Origin: Balanoglossus misakiensis
Taxonomy: Eukaryota; Animalia; Hemichordata
Direction: 5' to 3'
Assembly: GCA_040954595.2 (NCBI GenBank)
Contig: CM082590.2
Location: 3,596,001 to 3,660,000 of the forward strand
DNA length: 64,000 nucleotides
How positions within the stretch are numbered: position 1 is the stretch's first letter; each line of letters starts with the position of its first letter. Below are positions 62,901 to 64,000 of the stretch, one piece after another. Under the pieces are notes generated by a model. That model had not been told where the DNA came from, ran no database searches, and saw only the letters and a program-made list of their open reading frames with translations. A program made the position numbers and the translations under genes.

Positions 62901-63870
62901 AGTCATTGCCGGGGAAACGGATGATATCCATGATATTAGAAAATATCTTGAGGGCATCCTTCAGCATCCACTTGACATCACTTTCATATCCATATTTACG
63001 GAGGAATGTGGTATCATATCCAGCACAGAGCAAGTCAGTGACAGCTTCTTCTTGACCTGTTTGCTCATCATACACTCCACTTCCATTCTGCTCAGCTTCT
63101 GTGATTTTCTGCATTGGGTAGAATCTTACATTCTCTGGGTTGCTGTGAATTCGCAGCGAGTGGGCGCTGAGAATATGGGTGTCGACCTCGATACCCGGAC
63201 AGCAGATCTCTATGACGTCATAGATATCATTGGTCACCATTTCCAGTAACTGGTAACATGCCCCTATGTCTTCTCCCTTTCCTGCTCTGACACAGGTGTG
63301 GATTGCCGTCCATCCATCTATCATGTACACCAATCCTTCTACGATGCGGCAGACTTTGATACCATTCTTCCATATTCCACTGGGAGGGTAACCCATTTCC
63401 TCAAAGTGACGGTAGAGCCTGGTCTGTAGGCGTGGAAACAAACCTGGTGTGAAGCTGTCTGTTTCATCATGGCATTCGATTCTTCTACCAAAATAGTGAT
63501 GCTTAGTGGGATCTGATTCCCATTGATTTGCTGGCATTTTATCTTCCAAGAGTCCAGGGATGATGTAAGATTTTGGATTGGACTCATCTTCATGGAGAAG
63601 CTCAAAATGCTTGAGAAGAGCCATGACTAAGTTGGTATCACCGTAACCACTGAATACTCGAGCAATTTCTTTCTCGTGATAGAACTTCTGATTTTTCGGC
63701 AGTTTGTCGCTGTATTGAACGAAGATATCAGTTGCCATCAGTCGACCCAAGATTTCTGAACACAACCATTGACCATCGAGAACAATGATATCATCACCAA
63801 GTGGATTCTTGACAAAGATAATCTGCAACAAACAAGAAGACAATGAAATAAACTTTGGATGTTAACAAAA
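59905..63870. repeat. Segmental (tandem gene) duplication, paralogous to 10204-12366 plus 14342-16170
   Basis: Colinear near-identity starts at AGGTCAGTGAGTGTCTCTGAC (59905 vs 10204 and 8414) and runs through the last exon. Confidence 0.95.
62575..63822 (-). CDS. Last exon (COR plus death domain) of a second tandem ROCO paralog; upstream exons beyond window end
   Basis: 1248 nt, same acceptor and length as 14872-16119; 20 amino-acid differences in 415; open frame. Confidence 0.93.
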   Translation of the reverse strand: MIFVKNPLGDDIIVLDGQWLCSEILGRLMATDIFVQYSDKLPKNQKFYHEKEIARVFSGYGDTNLVMALLKHFELLHEDESNPKSYIIPGLLEDKMPANQWESDPTKHHYFGRRIECHDETDSFTPGLFPRLQTRLYRHFEEMGYPPSGIWKNGIKVCRIVEGLVYMIDGWTAIHTCVRAGKGEDIGACYQLLEMVTNDIYDVIEICCPGIEVDTHILSAHSLRIHSNPENVRFYPMQKITEAEQNGSGVYDEQTGQEEAVTDLLCAGYDTTFLRKYGYESDVKWMLKDALKIFSNIMDIIRFPGNDYRAMADLMGIPHMEVASWQHSASIQSPTQHALSVWSKGCGGQQRAGQQSTTDNKFCKSNFSNLVKILEHRSCDVYAAREEIHEMFRKLGASADLHGVEGDMAHLHLTS

Positions 63871-63906
63871 GTGAAAGTTGAAAGGACAGGTAGATGGATG
63901 GGTGGA

Positions 63907-64000
63907 TGTATGTATGTATGCATTCATGCATTCTCATATGTATGTATGTATGTATGTACGTACGTATGTATGTATGTATGTATGTATGTATGTATGTATG
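63907..64000. repeat. (ATGT)n intronic microsatellite
   Basis: Direct inspection. Confidence 0.9.

Overview
AT-rich animal genomic DNA with introns, LINEs and Helentron-type repeats; it looks like a marine invertebrate, but the taxon cannot be fixed from sequence. (1) Positions 1-6276 are one end of an apparently intact Polinton/Maverick (adintovirus-like) element. It has an uninterrupted >1459-codon protein-primed DNA polymerase B ORF on the minus strand, absent from the ORF track because it runs off the window, plus small accessory ORFs, subterminal iterons and an ACTACT terminus. (2) Positions 14872-41635 (minus) hold a complete 13-exon, ~906-aa kinase-less DAPK1-like ROCO gene (ankyrin repeats-ROC GTPase-COR-death domain), assembled by hand from GT-AG junctions. 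Each full ankyrin repeat is a separate 99-nt phase-0 exon. Two recently duplicated ankyrin exons differ at 16 nt in 12 codons, all amino-acid-changing, with the multi-base changes on the predicted binding face, while their introns differ by only ~5-7%. (3) The last exon of a ~95%-identical tandem paralog lies at 62575-63822. The best candidate for a new system is a tandem array of diversifying ankyrin-ROCO-death-domain receptors with exon-modular sensors, probably innate-immune (inference). The rest is TE and duplication debris: several HINE/DINE-1-like elements (two nested), L1/Tx1, L2/CR1 and Penelope fragments, MITEs and local tandem duplications.
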